NCBI GenBank assembly: GCA_003282445.1
Contig: QBZE01000002.1
Span: 8,752 to 72,751, forward strand
Source: OCS155 cluster bacterium AG-333-G23
GTDB taxonomy: Bacteria > Actinomycetota > Acidimicrobiia > Actinomarinales > Actinomarinaceae
Length of the DNA stretch: 64,000 nt
Reading direction: 5' to 3'
Position 1 is the stretch's first letter; each line of letters starts with the position of its first letter. The position numbers and the translations under genes were made by a program. The notes beneath the pieces were generated by a model that saw only the letters and a list, made by a program, of their open reading frames with translations, ran no database searches and was not told where the DNA came from. Shown in pieces: positions 31,463 to 41,499 of the stretch.

Positions 31463-34400
31463 ATGTTCAAAAGAGTAGATAATAATATTCATTTAGCAAA
31501 TAATGAAGAGAAAATATCTAAGTATTGGGATGAAATCAATGCGTTCGAAAACTCAGTAAATAACAGAAAAGACTCAAAAATATTTAGATTTTATGATGGG
31601 CCTCCATTTCCAACAGGAAGTCCTCATTATGGAAACTTGTTAGCAGGAGTTATCAAAGACATTGTTCCAAGATACTGGACTATGAGGGGATTCTATGTAG
31701 AAAGAAGATTCGGTTGGGATGTGCATGGTCTACCTATTGAAATGGAAGTGCAAAAAGAACTAGGCTTAGAAGACCCTCAACAAATAGATGATTATGGAAT
31801 TGCTAAATTTAATGAAGCATGCAGATCTCAAGTTCAAACAAATACTGAAAACTGGGAAAGAGTAACTAGAAAAATAGGAAGATGGGTTGATTTTGAAAAC
31901 GATTATAAAACTATGGATATTGATTTTATGGAAAGTGTTTGGTGGGTATTTAAAGAACTCTGGGAAAATGAACTAATTTACAAGGATTACAAAGTTTTAC
32001 CTTACTCATGGGCTGCTGCCACCCCTCTTTCAAATTTTGAAGCAAATATGGATTATAGAGATGTTGAGGACCCTTCTATTTTCTTTACTTTAAGAGCAAG
32101 AAAAGATCATAATAAAATCAAAAAAGATGATGAATTTTTAGTTTGGACGACTACCCCATGGTGCATACCTGGCAATCTTGCTATTGCTGTTGGAGAGAAA
32201 ATTAAATACTCCAGAATTTTATTGAATAATACGAACTATTGGATAGCTAGTGAAAGGTTGAATGAACTGAACGATCATGATTATCAAATTATTGATGAGT
32301 CAATTGGTTCAGATTTAATTGGAGGAGAATATATTCCTGCATACGATGAATTTGAAAATGAATATTTAAATGGAGCATTCAGAATTATACATAGTGATGA
32401 CACAAACACAGATTCTGGCTCTGGTTTAGTTTCTCAAGCACCTGCATATGGAGAAAGTGATTTTTATGCTTTAAAAAATGGAGGGATAGATGCAATTGTT
32501 GACCCTGTAACACTTTCTGGAAAATTTGATTCAAGTGTAAAAGGTTTGGAAAATAAATATGTTAAAGATGCTGATGCAATAATCATAAAACAATTAGATG
32601 AAAGAAAATTATTATTTAGTCAAACTACAGAAATGCATTCTTACCCATTTTGCTGGAGAACTGGAGAGCCATTAATTTATAAAGCTATACCAACTTGGTT
32701 TGTGAGTGTTGAGAAAATTAGACAAAGAATGGTTGAGCTTAATAATGAAACACACTGGGTTCCGGGCTTCATAGGAGAAAAAAGATTTTCTAACTGGCTA
32801 GCAAATGCAAGGGATTGGGCAATAAGTAGAAACAGGTACTGGGGAAGTTGTATCCCAATATGGATAAATAAAGAAGACTCTGAAGATCTACTGTGTATAG
32901 GTTCAATAGAAGAGCTTGAAAAATTAAGCGGAGAAAATATTACCGATTTACATAAGCACTTTCTTGATGACGTTGAAATAACTATAGATGGTAAAACATA
33001 TATAAGAACACCAGAAGTGCTAGATTGTTGGTTTGAATCAGGTTCTATGCCTTATGGGCAACAGCATTATCCTTTCGAAAACAAAGATTTATTCATGGAA
33101 GGTTTTCCTGCTGATTTCATAGCAGAGGGCTTGGACCAAACAAGAGGCTGGTTTTATACACTCACTGTTCTTTCAGTTGCTTTATTTGATTCTGTAGCTT
33201 TTAAAAATTGTATAACTACTGGAATGATTCTTGCTGAAGATGGCAGGAAAATGAGCAAAAGCTTAAAAAATTATCCTGATCCTGAAGAATTATTAAATAC
33301 TTATGGAGGAGATAGTTTAAGAGCTTATCTAATAAATTCACCCGTTGTAAGAGGAGAACCATTAAAATTTTCAGAAGATGGTGTAAAACTAGTAACCCGA
33401 AACGTTATCTTACCTTTATGGAATAGTTATTCATTTTTTTCTAACTATGCTAATGCTGATGACATTTCATTAGAAGAACTTAATTCAGCATCACCAGTTA
33501 GTGAAAGACCCTTAATGGATCAATGGATTATTTCATCTCTTCAATCACTAATAAAGACAGTTAATGAAAAGATGGAAAATTACTATCTTTATGAGGTAAT
33601 CCCCCCTCTTATGAATTTTATAGATGAACTAACAAATTGGTATGTACGTTCTAATAGAAAAAGATTTTGGAAAGAAAAAGGGAAAGATGATTTGGATAAA
33701 ATAAACGCCTTTAAAACACTTCATGAAGTTTTATTTGATTTCTCAAAAACAATGGCGCCTGTATTGCCATTTATCTGCGAAGAAATTTATCAAGGTTTAA
33801 CAAATGAAAGCAATAAAAGCATACACTTTGAAAATTATCCTGACGCTGATGAAAATTTAATAAATACAAACTTAGAAAATGAAATGCTATTAGCTAAAAA
33901 TATTATAAAATCTGTAAGGAACATAAGGTTAAATGTAGAAATTCCAAATAAACAACCGTTAAGAAATTTAACAATAATTACAAAGGATACAGATAAGATT
34001 AATGATATTTCAAACGTCAAAGATATTATTCTTAATGAGCTAAACATCAAAGAACTTACATTTGACAATAATTTTGAAAACTGGGTTAAATATGATTGTA
34101 AGCCAAATTATTCAAACTTAGGCCCTAAGTTAGGTAAAGAAATAGGAAAATTTGGAGAATACTTATCAAATTTAGAACAGGAAGATATTGAAGATTTGAT
34201 AAGCAAAGAATACATAGAATTTAAAAATGAAAAAATAAATATCTCAGATATAGATGTAAGACTTATAAAAAATAAAGATACAGCTAATCAAGAAATCGTA
34301 AATGATTTTTCTGTATATCTTGATATTGAATTAGATGAAGAATTGGTGCTAGAAAGAATTTCAAGAGAGCTTGTTTCTGCAATTCAAAAACAGAGAAAAG

Positions 34401-34594
34401 ACATGGGTTTTGATATTACCGATAGAATATCTCTTGTAATTTCAACAAAAGATGAGAGTGTATTATCTTCAGTTGGAATATTTAAAGATTATATTTTAAA
34501 TGAAACTCTAACTACTGAATTTGAAATTAATGACGTTAAGGGTGTAAATAAAATTTTAGATTACGCCGTAGATATTAAAATAAAACAAACTTAG
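31463..34594 (+). CDS. ileS: Isoleucine--tRNA ligase, type 2 (eukaryote-like, as in Actinobacteria)
   Basis: 1043 aa. HIGH-class motif 'PHYGN', 'KMSKSLKN', CP1 editing domain. No C-terminal zinc finger of type 1 enzymes. Confidence 0.95.
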   Translation: MFKRVDNNIHLANNEEKISKYWDEINAFENSVNNRKDSKIFRFYDGPPFPTGSPHYGNLLAGVIKDIVPRYWTMRGFYVERRFGWDVHGLPIEMEVQKELGLEDPQQIDDYGIAKFNEACRSQVQTNTENWERVTRKIGRWVDFENDYKTMDIDFMESVWWVFKELWENELIYKDYKVLPYSWAAATPLSNFEANMDYRDVEDPSIFFTLRARKDHNKIKKDDEFLVWTTTPWCIPGNLAIAVGEKIKYSRILLNNTNYWIASERLNELNDHDYQIIDESIGSDLIGGEYIPAYDEFENEYLNGAFRIIHSDDTNTDSGSGLVSQAPAYGESDFYALKNGGIDAIVDPVTLSGKFDSSVKGLENKYVKDADAIIIKQLDERKLLFSQTTEMHSYPFCWRTGEPLIYKAIPTWFVSVEKIRQRMVELNNETHWVPGFIGEKRFSNWLANARDWAISRNRYWGSCIPIWINKEDSEDLLCIGSIEELEKLSGENITDLHKHFLDDVEITIDGKTYIRTPEVLDCWFESGSMPYGQQHYPFENKDLFMEGFPADFIAEGLDQTRGWFYTLTVLSVALFDSVAFKNCITTGMILAEDGRKMSKSLKNYPDPEELLNTYGGDSLRAYLINSPVVRGEPLKFSEDGVKLVTRNVILPLWNSYSFFSNYANADDISLEELNSASPVSERPLMDQWIISSLQSLIKTVNEKMENYYLYEVIPPLMNFIDELTNWYVRSNRKRFWKEKGKDDLDKINAFKTLHEVLFDFSKTMAPVLPFICEEIYQGLTNESNKSIHFENYPDADENLINTNLENEMLLAKNIIKSVRNIRLNVEIPNKQPLRNLTIITKDTDKINDISNVKDIILNELNIKELTFDNNFENWVKYDCKPNYSNLGPKLGKEIGKFGEYLSNLEQEDIEDLISKEYIEFKNEKINISDIDVRLIKNKDTANQEIVNDFSVYLDIELDEELVLERISRELVSAIQKQRKDMGFDITDRISLVISTKDESVLSSVGIFKDYILNETLTTEFEINDVKGVNKILDYAVDIKIKQT

Positions 34595-34857
34595 CAAATA
34601 AAATTCATAACTCTTGGATATAGGAAATTTACACCCAAAATAAGAACTATAGGAGACAAATCTAAACCAGCCATACCTATCCTTACTGTAGGTATTGCAG
34701 ATCTAATTGGAGCCAGAATTCTATTATAAAATTGGTCTAAAATACTTTTAATTTGGCCAATTGGATGTTCCTGAGGGACTTGTATCCAGGACAATATTAT
34801 CCATAGAAATAAAGAGTAGCTGAAAAGCCTATAAGTTAATTCAATTAGACTACACAT
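34591..34857 (-). CDS. yggT: YggT family membrane protein
   Basis: 88 aa with two TM helices. Conserved position after sepF. Confidence 0.7.
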   Translation of the reverse strand: MCSLIELTYRLFSYSLFLWIILSWIQVPQEHPIGQIKSILDQFYNRILAPIRSAIPTVRIGMAGLDLSPIVLILGVNFLYPRVMNFIC

Positions 34858-35290
34858 TTACCCGATAAAGCCCTAATTCTTGAAGCCTTTCTCTCTCTTG
34901 TGAAGGAAGTGAAGAGTTTGAAGGAAGTATTAAATATACACCATCTTTATTTATAGACCTCATGCTTGAGTTATTAACGAATACCATTCCAAAAGTAAAA
35001 TCAAGTATTCTCCTTCTTTCTGTTTGGTCTTCAATATCTCTAATATCCATTGCTACAATAAAGCCGTCTTTAATTGGTATACCTAGACCCTCTACTTCAT
35101 TGAATGATTTTAATACTTTTATTTCAACCTCATCCTTTGGTTGATGAACCCTTATGTCTCCTGCATATTCTTCTTCATTAGTGAATCTATTTTCTGTCGA
35201 AGGTCTAACAGTTGTTGTTGAGTCATCTACATAGGGCTCTAATGAGCTTGGCTGTTTTAAACCTATTGAAATAAGAAATTTTTCTAACAT
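34850..35290 (-). CDS. sepF: Cell division protein SepF
   Basis: 146 aa. N-terminal membrane-binding helix 'MLEKFLISIGL', and a C-terminal SepF core ('EVEIKVLKSFNEVEGLGIPIKDGFIVAMDIRDIEDQTERRRILDFTFGM'). Confidence 0.8.
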   Translation of the reverse strand: MLEKFLISIGLKQPSSLEPYVDDSTTTVRPSTENRFTNEEEYAGDIRVHQPKDEVEIKVLKSFNEVEGLGIPIKDGFIVAMDIRDIEDQTERRRILDFTFGMVFVNNSSMRSINKDGVYLILPSNSSLPSQERERLQELGLYRVNV

Positions 35291-35904
35291 TAATTAAAAA
35301 TTTTACTACCTATACGAATTAGTGTAGCACCATAATCTAAGGCTATTTCATAATCATCGGACATACCCATTGAAAGCTCACCACTATAGTTTTTATAATC
35401 TTTCTTAATTTTTTCATTGATTTTTTGCATTTTTGAAAATGAAATCTTTGAGTTATTTTCCAAACTTGGTATACACATTATCCCAACAGGGAAAAAATTA
35501 AAATTTTCAAACATATTAAAAAAGGGCTCTACATCTTTAGGATTTATGCCGCTTTTATTTTCATCATCATCTATATTGATTTGAACAAATACTTTTTGAT
35601 TAGAGTAATTTTCATTAATTATTTTTGCTTCTTTTTCTCTAGCAAGAGTATGAATATAAATGCAATTTTCCATAATTTGACTTATTTTTCTTGACTGTAG
35701 AGGTGCAATAAAATGAAACTTAGAATCATTAAATTTTTCTCTATGCTCTAGTAGTTGTTCTATTCTATTTTCACCAAATTCTCTAAAACCTTGGTCATAT
35801 ACTTTTTTAATATCTTCATATTTTTTATCTTTAATAACAGGTAAAAGTTTCGCTTTGTATTGAATTGCTAGATTGTTTATATCATTTAATATTTCTAAAT
35901 CCAT
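35290..35904 (-). CDS. yggS: YggS-family pyridoxal phosphate homeostasis protein (PLPHP)
   Basis: 204 aa TIM-barrel, alanine-racemase-N-like. Conserved ftsZ-pgeF-yggS-sepF order. Confidence 0.8.
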   Translation of the reverse strand: MDLEILNDINNLAIQYKAKLLPVIKDKKYEDIKKVYDQGFREFGENRIEQLLEHREKFNDSKFHFIAPLQSRKISQIMENCIYIHTLAREKEAKIINENYSNQKVFVQINIDDDENKSGINPKDVEPFFNMFENFNFFPVGIMCIPSLENNSKISFSKMQKINEKIKKDYKNYSGELSMGMSDDYEIALDYGATLIRIGSKIFN

Positions 35905-36464
35905 ACAATACTCCTCTGTCTATTTTTAGTTTTATCTCTTCTGTATGAGTTATATTTTTTGTTTTCTATAGTGCATATTTTAGAAATCTCTATATCAATA
36001 TTATTTTTTGTACAGAATTCTTTTATCTCCATACTTAAATCTAAATAAATTTTATCTCCAACATTGATGCAATACTTACTAAATTTTAATTTTAAATCCT
36101 CTTTAACTTCATAGCAGCATTTCTGAGCATGAGGTCCAATAGAAACTTTTAATTTTGATAAATTAAAATTTAAGATTGTTTTATGAAATATTTTATTTTC
36201 TAAACCCTTCCAACCAATATGGACAATACCTATTTTTTTCTCATCTGTAATAATTACGGGCATGCAATCTGCGGTTTTAACAACTAGAGCAAGTTTTTTC
36301 TTGTTTGTTATTAATCCGTCAGCCTTATAAGTGCCGGTAGTGTCAACTTCTATTGAAACGTCGCTATGAGACTGTTCCATAGATGCAATCTCTAAATCAT
36401 TTGAATTTTCTGAGTCGTTTGAGTCATTAAATTGTGCGTTAGGAATTAACTTGGAGTGAATCAT
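35895..36464 (-). CDS. pgeF: Peptidoglycan editing factor PgeF (YfiH/LACC1 family purine nucleoside phosphorylase-like)
   Basis: 189 aa. 'TADCMPVII' and 'VHIGWKG' match the YfiH Cys/His motifs. Immediately downstream of ftsZ. Confidence 0.75.
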   Translation of the reverse strand: MIHSKLIPNAQFNDSNDSENSNDLEIASMEQSHSDVSIEVDTTGTYKADGLITNKKKLALVVKTADCMPVIITDEKKIGIVHIGWKGLENKIFHKTILNFNLSKLKVSIGPHAQKCCYEVKEDLKLKFSKYCINVGDKIYLDLSMEIKEFCTKNNIDIEISKICTIENKKYNSYRRDKTKNRQRSIVWI

Positions 36465-37477
36465 CCTCTGATGAAATCAGGGAGACCATCACCTCCAGTA
36501 GCATCATCAACATCTGAAACGGTTCTTCTATTTGGTCTTGGACCAAATCCAGCAGCTACTACTGTTACTTCAACAGCATCTCCTAAAGTATCGTCTACTA
36601 AATGACCAAAGATTATTTCAGCATTGTCATCAGCTCTTTCTGTTATGACCCTTGCGGCTTCATTAACTTCCTGCAACTTAAGATCCTCTGAACCAGCTAT
36701 TGTTATAAGGACTCCTTCCGCACCGTCCATATTTGCTTCAAGTAACGGTGAAGAAATAGCAGCTTGAGCAGCATTTGGAGCTCTTTGTTCTCCAGTAGAT
36801 TTACCAATACCAAGTACAGCGTTTCCTGCGTCTTTTAAAATAGTTCTAACATCAGCAAAGTCAACATTTATAACTCCAGGATTTGTTATTAAACCTGTGA
36901 TACCTTTGACTCCGTTTGCTAATATTTCATCAGATTTTAGATAAGCTTCACTTATCTTTATATCTTTATCGCTTATTTGCAACAACCTATCATTCGGTAT
37001 GACTATAAGGGTGTCAACAACATCTCTTAAAGCTTGTATTCCTTCTTCAGCTTGTACTGATCTTCTTCTTCCTTCAAAACCGAAAGGCCTAGTTACTACA
37101 CCTACTGTTAACGCCCCTAACTCATGTGCTACATTTGCAAGAATTGGTGAGGCTCCTGTACCAGTTCCTCCACCTTCACCCGCAGCAATAAATACCATGT
37201 CAGAGCCTTTTAGAGCTTCGGCAATTAATTCTTCAGAATCTACAGCTGCTTGTCTTCCAATTTCAGGATTAGCACCCGCACCAAGACCTCTTGTTGACTT
37301 TCTTCCTAGATCCAATTTCAAATCAGCTTTTGACCCAAGTAAACTTTGAGCGTCGGTATTGCAAGCAACAAAATCTACACCCTTAATACCTAATTTAATC
37401 ATTCTATTGACAGCATTTGTTCCGCCACCGCCTACTCCTACGACTTTAATTACAGCAGAATAATTTCTTGGTCTCAT
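36461..37477 (-). CDS. ftsZ: Cell division GTPase FtsZ. The start was moved to the second ATG (37477). The track start (37525) would add a 16-aa Lys-rich extension that is not normally present before 'AVIKVVGVGGGG'.
   Basis: Tubulin signature 'GGGTGTG'. 'VIKVVGVGGGGTNAVNRM'. SD 'AAGGGAG' 11 nt upstream of the ATG at 37477. Confidence 0.95.
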   Translation of the reverse strand: MRPRNYSAVIKVVGVGGGGTNAVNRMIKLGIKGVDFVACNTDAQSLLGSKADLKLDLGRKSTRGLGAGANPEIGRQAAVDSEELIAEALKGSDMVFIAAGEGGGTGTGASPILANVAHELGALTVGVVTRPFGFEGRRRSVQAEEGIQALRDVVDTLIVIPNDRLLQISDKDIKISEAYLKSDEILANGVKGITGLITNPGVINVDFADVRTILKDAGNAVLGIGKSTGEQRAPNAAQAAISSPLLEANMDGAEGVLITIAGSEDLKLQEVNEAARVITERADDNAEIIFGHLVDDTLGDAVEVTVVAAGFGPRPNRRTVSDVDDATGGDGLPDFIRG

Positions 37478-37619
37478 ATTCAAGTTCACTCCCTTTTCTT
37501 TCTTTTTACTATTTTTTGTAGCCATTTTTAATCCTTATTTTCGTATAAGAATATCATTGAAAATAGGGATAAACAATATTTTTTTTTATTTTTATCTAGA
37601 CCTATAGTTTAGGTTTAGA

Positions 37620-38321
37620 TTAATTACAATTAGAAACTGCCCTAATTTCATTGCCCTCTTCACTATAAACAAGCCTTATTTCGCCATCACAAACTTCTTC
37701 AGTTAGGTAGTAGCCAACCACTGAAGCCTTTCTAGCTAAATCCGAGGGATCTCCTAAATCAAAATTAGTGTTAAAGTGAGTTACTAAGATACTTGTTCCG
37801 TCAAATTCCATACTTACATTTGAAATGTTTATTGAGTATTTTTTTAATGTCAGAACAAAAGTTATTATCTCTTCATAGAAACCTTCCCTGACGGGTCCAT
37901 TATTTATCTTTAAAGAGAGCAGACCTTTGTTAGTTTTTACATCATCAATATATAAATTTTTATGTAGTACAAATGCCCTAGGAGGAGACTGTCTATTGTC
38001 TTGTATGTAAGCTATTTTCTCAGATATAGTCACATCAATGACTAATGTGTTGGGTAGCTCTTTTGTTATAGTAATTTTTTCCACTGAGGGGTTGGCTACA
38101 TAAAAGCTATCAAAATATGTATCGTCTACTAACCATATAGACGTTCCTTTAATGCTTTCTATAGAGGCTTTACTCAAACCTGTATCGTTAATATATGTGA
38201 TGTTTGAAACCCTGTAAAAATTTGATGAAATATTGAAAAAAATCAAAACAACAGTGATTAGAAGACCTGAAAAGGCTAGAAAAGTCCTAAATGTTTGCCT
38301 TTCTATTTCTCCATAATTCAT
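37620..38321 (-). CDS. ftsQ: Cell division protein FtsQ/DivIB
   Basis: 233 aa. Single N-terminal TM helix, then POTRA and beta domains. Position between murB and ftsZ with no ftsA (actinobacterial arrangement). Confidence 0.7.
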   Translation of the reverse strand: MNYGEIERQTFRTFLAFSGLLITVVLIFFNISSNFYRVSNITYINDTGLSKASIESIKGTSIWLVDDTYFDSFYVANPSVEKITITKELPNTLVIDVTISEKIAYIQDNRQSPPRAFVLHKNLYIDDVKTNKGLLSLKINNGPVREGFYEEIITFVLTLKKYSINISNVSMEFDGTSILVTHFNTNFDLGDPSDLARKASVVGYYLTEEVCDGEIRLVYSEEGNEIRAVSNCN

Positions 38322-38323
38322 TG

Positions 38324-39178
38324 TTAATCAAATTTACCTACAAATAGTATCTCTTTTTGTAAAGATACTCCAAATTTACTGTCTACAACTTCTTTTACAT
38401 GGTTTACTAATTTGTATAATGAGGAAGAATTGGCCCCTTTAGAAGCAACAAAAAAATTTGCATGTTTATTGCTTACCTTAACACCATCAATACTAAAACC
38501 TTTCAGTTCAGCCTTGTCAATAAGTTCGCCAGCAGAATACTGGTCTGTATTTTTAAAGACACTGCCAGCATTGTATATTGCTGATGGCTGAGTATCTTTA
38601 CGATATTTAATATTTTCCTTAAGTCTAGATTTGATTAAAGCAGGGTCTCCCTCTGTTCCGATCAATGTCGCGGAAATAATAACTTTATTTTCCAAGTTAC
38701 TAGAACTTCTGTATGAAAAATTTATATCATCTTTGTCTAATGTCTCAATTTTCTTTGTAACTAAGTTGTAAACTTCTATTGAAGATAAAATGTCAGAAAA
38801 TTCCCAACCATATGCGCCAGCATTCATTTTAACTGCTCCCCCAACAGAACCAGGAATACCTATTAAAAATTCTGCATTGATTAAATTTTTATCTTTATAA
38901 AATCTTGCAATATCCGGTAAAAAGACTGAGGAGCCTACTTTAACTTCACCTAAGTTTTTAATAAAACTTATTTCATTAAAATCTGGATTTATTACATTTC
39001 CTTCGTAATCTTTATCGGAAAAAGCTACATTTGATCCCTTCCCTAGAATAAAGTATTCTTTATTAGAGAATGCTTCATCAAAAAGATCTATGTCGTTATT
39101 TGAAATTTTATAGAAATTATTGCAATAACCACCAAACTTGTACGTAGTTACAGTTGAGAGTTTAATATTATATTTCAT
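38324..39178 (-). CDS. murB: UDP-N-acetylenolpyruvoylglucosamine reductase
   Basis: 284 aa. FAD-binding N-domain ('ILGKGSNV'), catalytic 'AGS' region and a C-terminal MurB domain. Confidence 0.85.
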   Translation of the reverse strand: MKYNIKLSTVTTYKFGGYCNNFYKISNNDIDLFDEAFSNKEYFILGKGSNVAFSDKDYEGNVINPDFNEISFIKNLGEVKVGSSVFLPDIARFYKDKNLINAEFLIGIPGSVGGAVKMNAGAYGWEFSDILSSIEVYNLVTKKIETLDKDDINFSYRSSSNLENKVIISATLIGTEGDPALIKSRLKENIKYRKDTQPSAIYNAGSVFKNTDQYSAGELIDKAELKGFSIDGVKVSNKHANFFVASKGANSSSLYKLVNHVKEVVDSKFGVSLQKEILFVGKFD

Positions 39179-40478
39179 CTAAATATTTTAATATCTGTGG
39201 TCCCAATAACGTAATATCTCCAGCACCTAAAGTTAAAATGATATCATTTTCCGTTACTCTAGTTGATAGATAGCTAGGGACCATTCTCATAGATTTTAAA
39301 TATTTTATTTTTTTGTTTTCAAAGTTTTTACTGCTTACTCCAGGTATAGGTTCTTCTCCGGCTGGGTAAATATCAACCACAATGGTCTCATCTGCTTTTG
39401 ATAAAGAGGCTCTAAAGTCCTCAAAACCATTTTTTGTTCTTGTATATCTATGAGGTTGAAATATAACGTACAATTTTCCTATTGTATTTTCTTTAAGGGC
39501 AGAGATTGTAGCTGCTATTTCCGTAGGGTGATGACCGTAATCATCATATAACTTAATACCCTTTATTGAGCCAAGATATTCAGTTCTTCTTTTTACTCCG
39601 GGGAAAGTTTCAACAGCTTCTATCGAGTCTTCTATCTTTATTCCATTGAGATAGGCTAAAGCTATAGCTCCAGCTATATTTGAAATAAAATGATTGCCGA
39701 TTAATTTTGTAGTAACAACATATTCCTCATTTTCTATAATAATTTTGTTTGGGTATTGAATTTGAATATCAGCAATTTCTGATGAAGAATAACTAATGCA
39801 ATTATTGCTTGTTTTCAATTCTCTTAAGTTCTGATCATCAAAATTTAGTACTAAATTACCTTTAACGTTCTCGATTACATGCTTGAATGCATTGAGCAAG
39901 TTTTTAAAATTTTTAAAATAATCAAGATGATCAACATCAATATTTGTTACTAATAAATCATCGATATTAATGTCTTTAAATGTATTAAACGCCTCATCTG
40001 TTTCTAAAATAATAGGCTGATCCTGATCACCATAATGTCCCCCTATCCCATGGAATGAGGTAATACCTCCAAATATGTATGAGACATTCCTTTCGTTATA
40101 ATGGAATATGTGAGCTAGGAGTGCAGTAGTTGATGTCTTTCCATGAGTTCCAGTAATTCCAATAATTTTATTTTCTTTTGATAATATATTAAGAAATTCT
40201 GGTCTTGATAAAACATTATCACTATCTAAATAATCTTTTAGCGTTGTTTCGTTAATTGAAATAGCTGATGAATAAATATAAAGTATTTTCTTAGAATATT
40301 TTAAATTACTTAAATTAAAATCAACTTTTATACCATCTTGATTCAACTGGTTAGTTATAAATGATTTCCGTTGATCGTAGCCAGCTACATCAATATTTTG
40401 TTGAACCAAATATTTAGCTATAGAACTCATCCCTGAGCCTCCGATACCTAATATGTATACTTCTTTATATTTATTCAT
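39168..40478 (-). CDS. murC: UDP-N-acetylmuramate--L-alanine ligase
   Basis: 436 aa. 'GIGGSGMSSIA' and the Mur ligase P-loop 'GITGTHGKTSTTA'. Confidence 0.9.
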   Translation of the reverse strand: MNKYKEVYILGIGGSGMSSIAKYLVQQNIDVAGYDQRKSFITNQLNQDGIKVDFNLSNLKYSKKILYIYSSAISINETTLKDYLDSDNVLSRPEFLNILSKENKIIGITGTHGKTSTTALLAHIFHYNERNVSYIFGGITSFHGIGGHYGDQDQPIILETDEAFNTFKDINIDDLLVTNIDVDHLDYFKNFKNLLNAFKHVIENVKGNLVLNFDDQNLRELKTSNNCISYSSSEIADIQIQYPNKIIIENEEYVVTTKLIGNHFISNIAGAIALAYLNGIKIEDSIEAVETFPGVKRRTEYLGSIKGIKLYDDYGHHPTEIAATISALKENTIGKLYVIFQPHRYTRTKNGFEDFRASLSKADETIVVDIYPAGEEPIPGVSSKNFENKKIKYLKSMRMVPSYLSTRVTENDIILTLGAGDITLLGPQILKYLDEI

Positions 40479-41499
40479 TGAATGCTTCTTTTAGGTACCT
40501 AGTAATTTCATTATTTCCAATTTGTATATTTACGTTATTAAACATTTCTCTTTTTATACCTTCATAATCGTTAATGACATTTAGCAGTATATTTTCAAAT
40601 TCATTATACGAATTTACAACTATTGCTGCGCCTAGATTATCTAAGTATTGAGCATTCAAATGCTGGTGGGAGGATGTAGTACCATGCTTAAATGGAATGA
40701 GGACTTGTGGAATTCCTAAATATGCAGCTTCTAAAGCTCCCCCACCAGACCTTGAAATTTGTAAATTTATTTTTTCATAGTATTCACTCATATTCTCAAT
40801 AAAGTCAAACTGGCTGTAATTTTTAAAGTTTAAATTATTATCTAATTTATCTTTGCCCGTAATGTGCAAAAAATTTACTTTTATTGTGTTGTTTTCATTT
40901 AAAAACTTATAAAGATAACTATTTATTTGCTCAGAACCTTGACTACCACCCTGAACGCCTATTGTAAGAAATTCTGCATTATTAGTTTTATTAATTTTGA
41001 CTATATCTTTATTAATAATTGGCCCTACGTAGATAGTTTTTTTCTTCTTTATATTTTTTGTCTCAGGATATGAAGTAAATATTAAACCAGGCAAGAAAGA
41101 CGTTACTTTATTTCCTAAGCCCGCATAAATATTTTGCTCTTGACCATAATATTTAATTCTAAATGTGAAACTTAACAATGAAGCAATAGGGGCGATATAA
41201 GAACCAGTCGATAGGCTTATTTTTATTTCTTCTTTTTTTATAATTGTTCTAATTTCAAGTAATGTTTTTATTACCCTATATATATTTAATACATACCCGA
41301 ATAATCCAATTTTAGATCTATAAATATCTAGTATGTAAATTTTAATATCTAAATTTTTTAAATATTGTGATCCTCTTTCATCAGTGATAATTATAAATTT
41401 GTCTAAGTCAATACCTTCATCATTTAATTGCGTTATTAAGTTTTTTGCAGGTAAAACGTGCCCTCCAGTTCCAACACAAAATATTCCTATTTTTTTCAT
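40471..41499 (-). CDS. murG: Undecaprenyldiphospho-muramoylpentapeptide beta-N-acetylglucosaminyltransferase
   Basis: 342 aa. 'GTGGHVLPA' N-terminal motif, GT-B fold. Confidence 0.9.
   Translation of the reverse strand: MKKIGIFCVGTGGHVLPAKNLITQLNDEGIDLDKFIIITDERGSQYLKNLDIKIYILDIYRSKIGLFGYVLNIYRVIKTLLEIRTIIKKEEIKISLSTGSYIAPIASLLSFTFRIKYYGQEQNIYAGLGNKVTSFLPGLIFTSYPETKNIKKKKTIYVGPIINKDIVKINKTNNAEFLTIGVQGGSQGSEQINSYLYKFLNENNTIKVNFLHITGKDKLDNNLNFKNYSQFDFIENMSEYYEKINLQISRSGGGALEAAYLGIPQVLIPFKHGTTSSHQHLNAQYLDNLGAAIVVNSYNEFENILLNVINDYEGIKREMFNNVNIQIGNNEITRYLKEAFNE

Noticed and set aside
36999-37349. 116-aa ORF antisense to ftsZ (also similar antisense ORFs in uvrA at 12461-13298 and ilvD at 55747-57240)
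   Set aside because: Highly conserved, relatively GC-richer genes produce long antisense ORFs. The sense-strand genes have unambiguous motifs.
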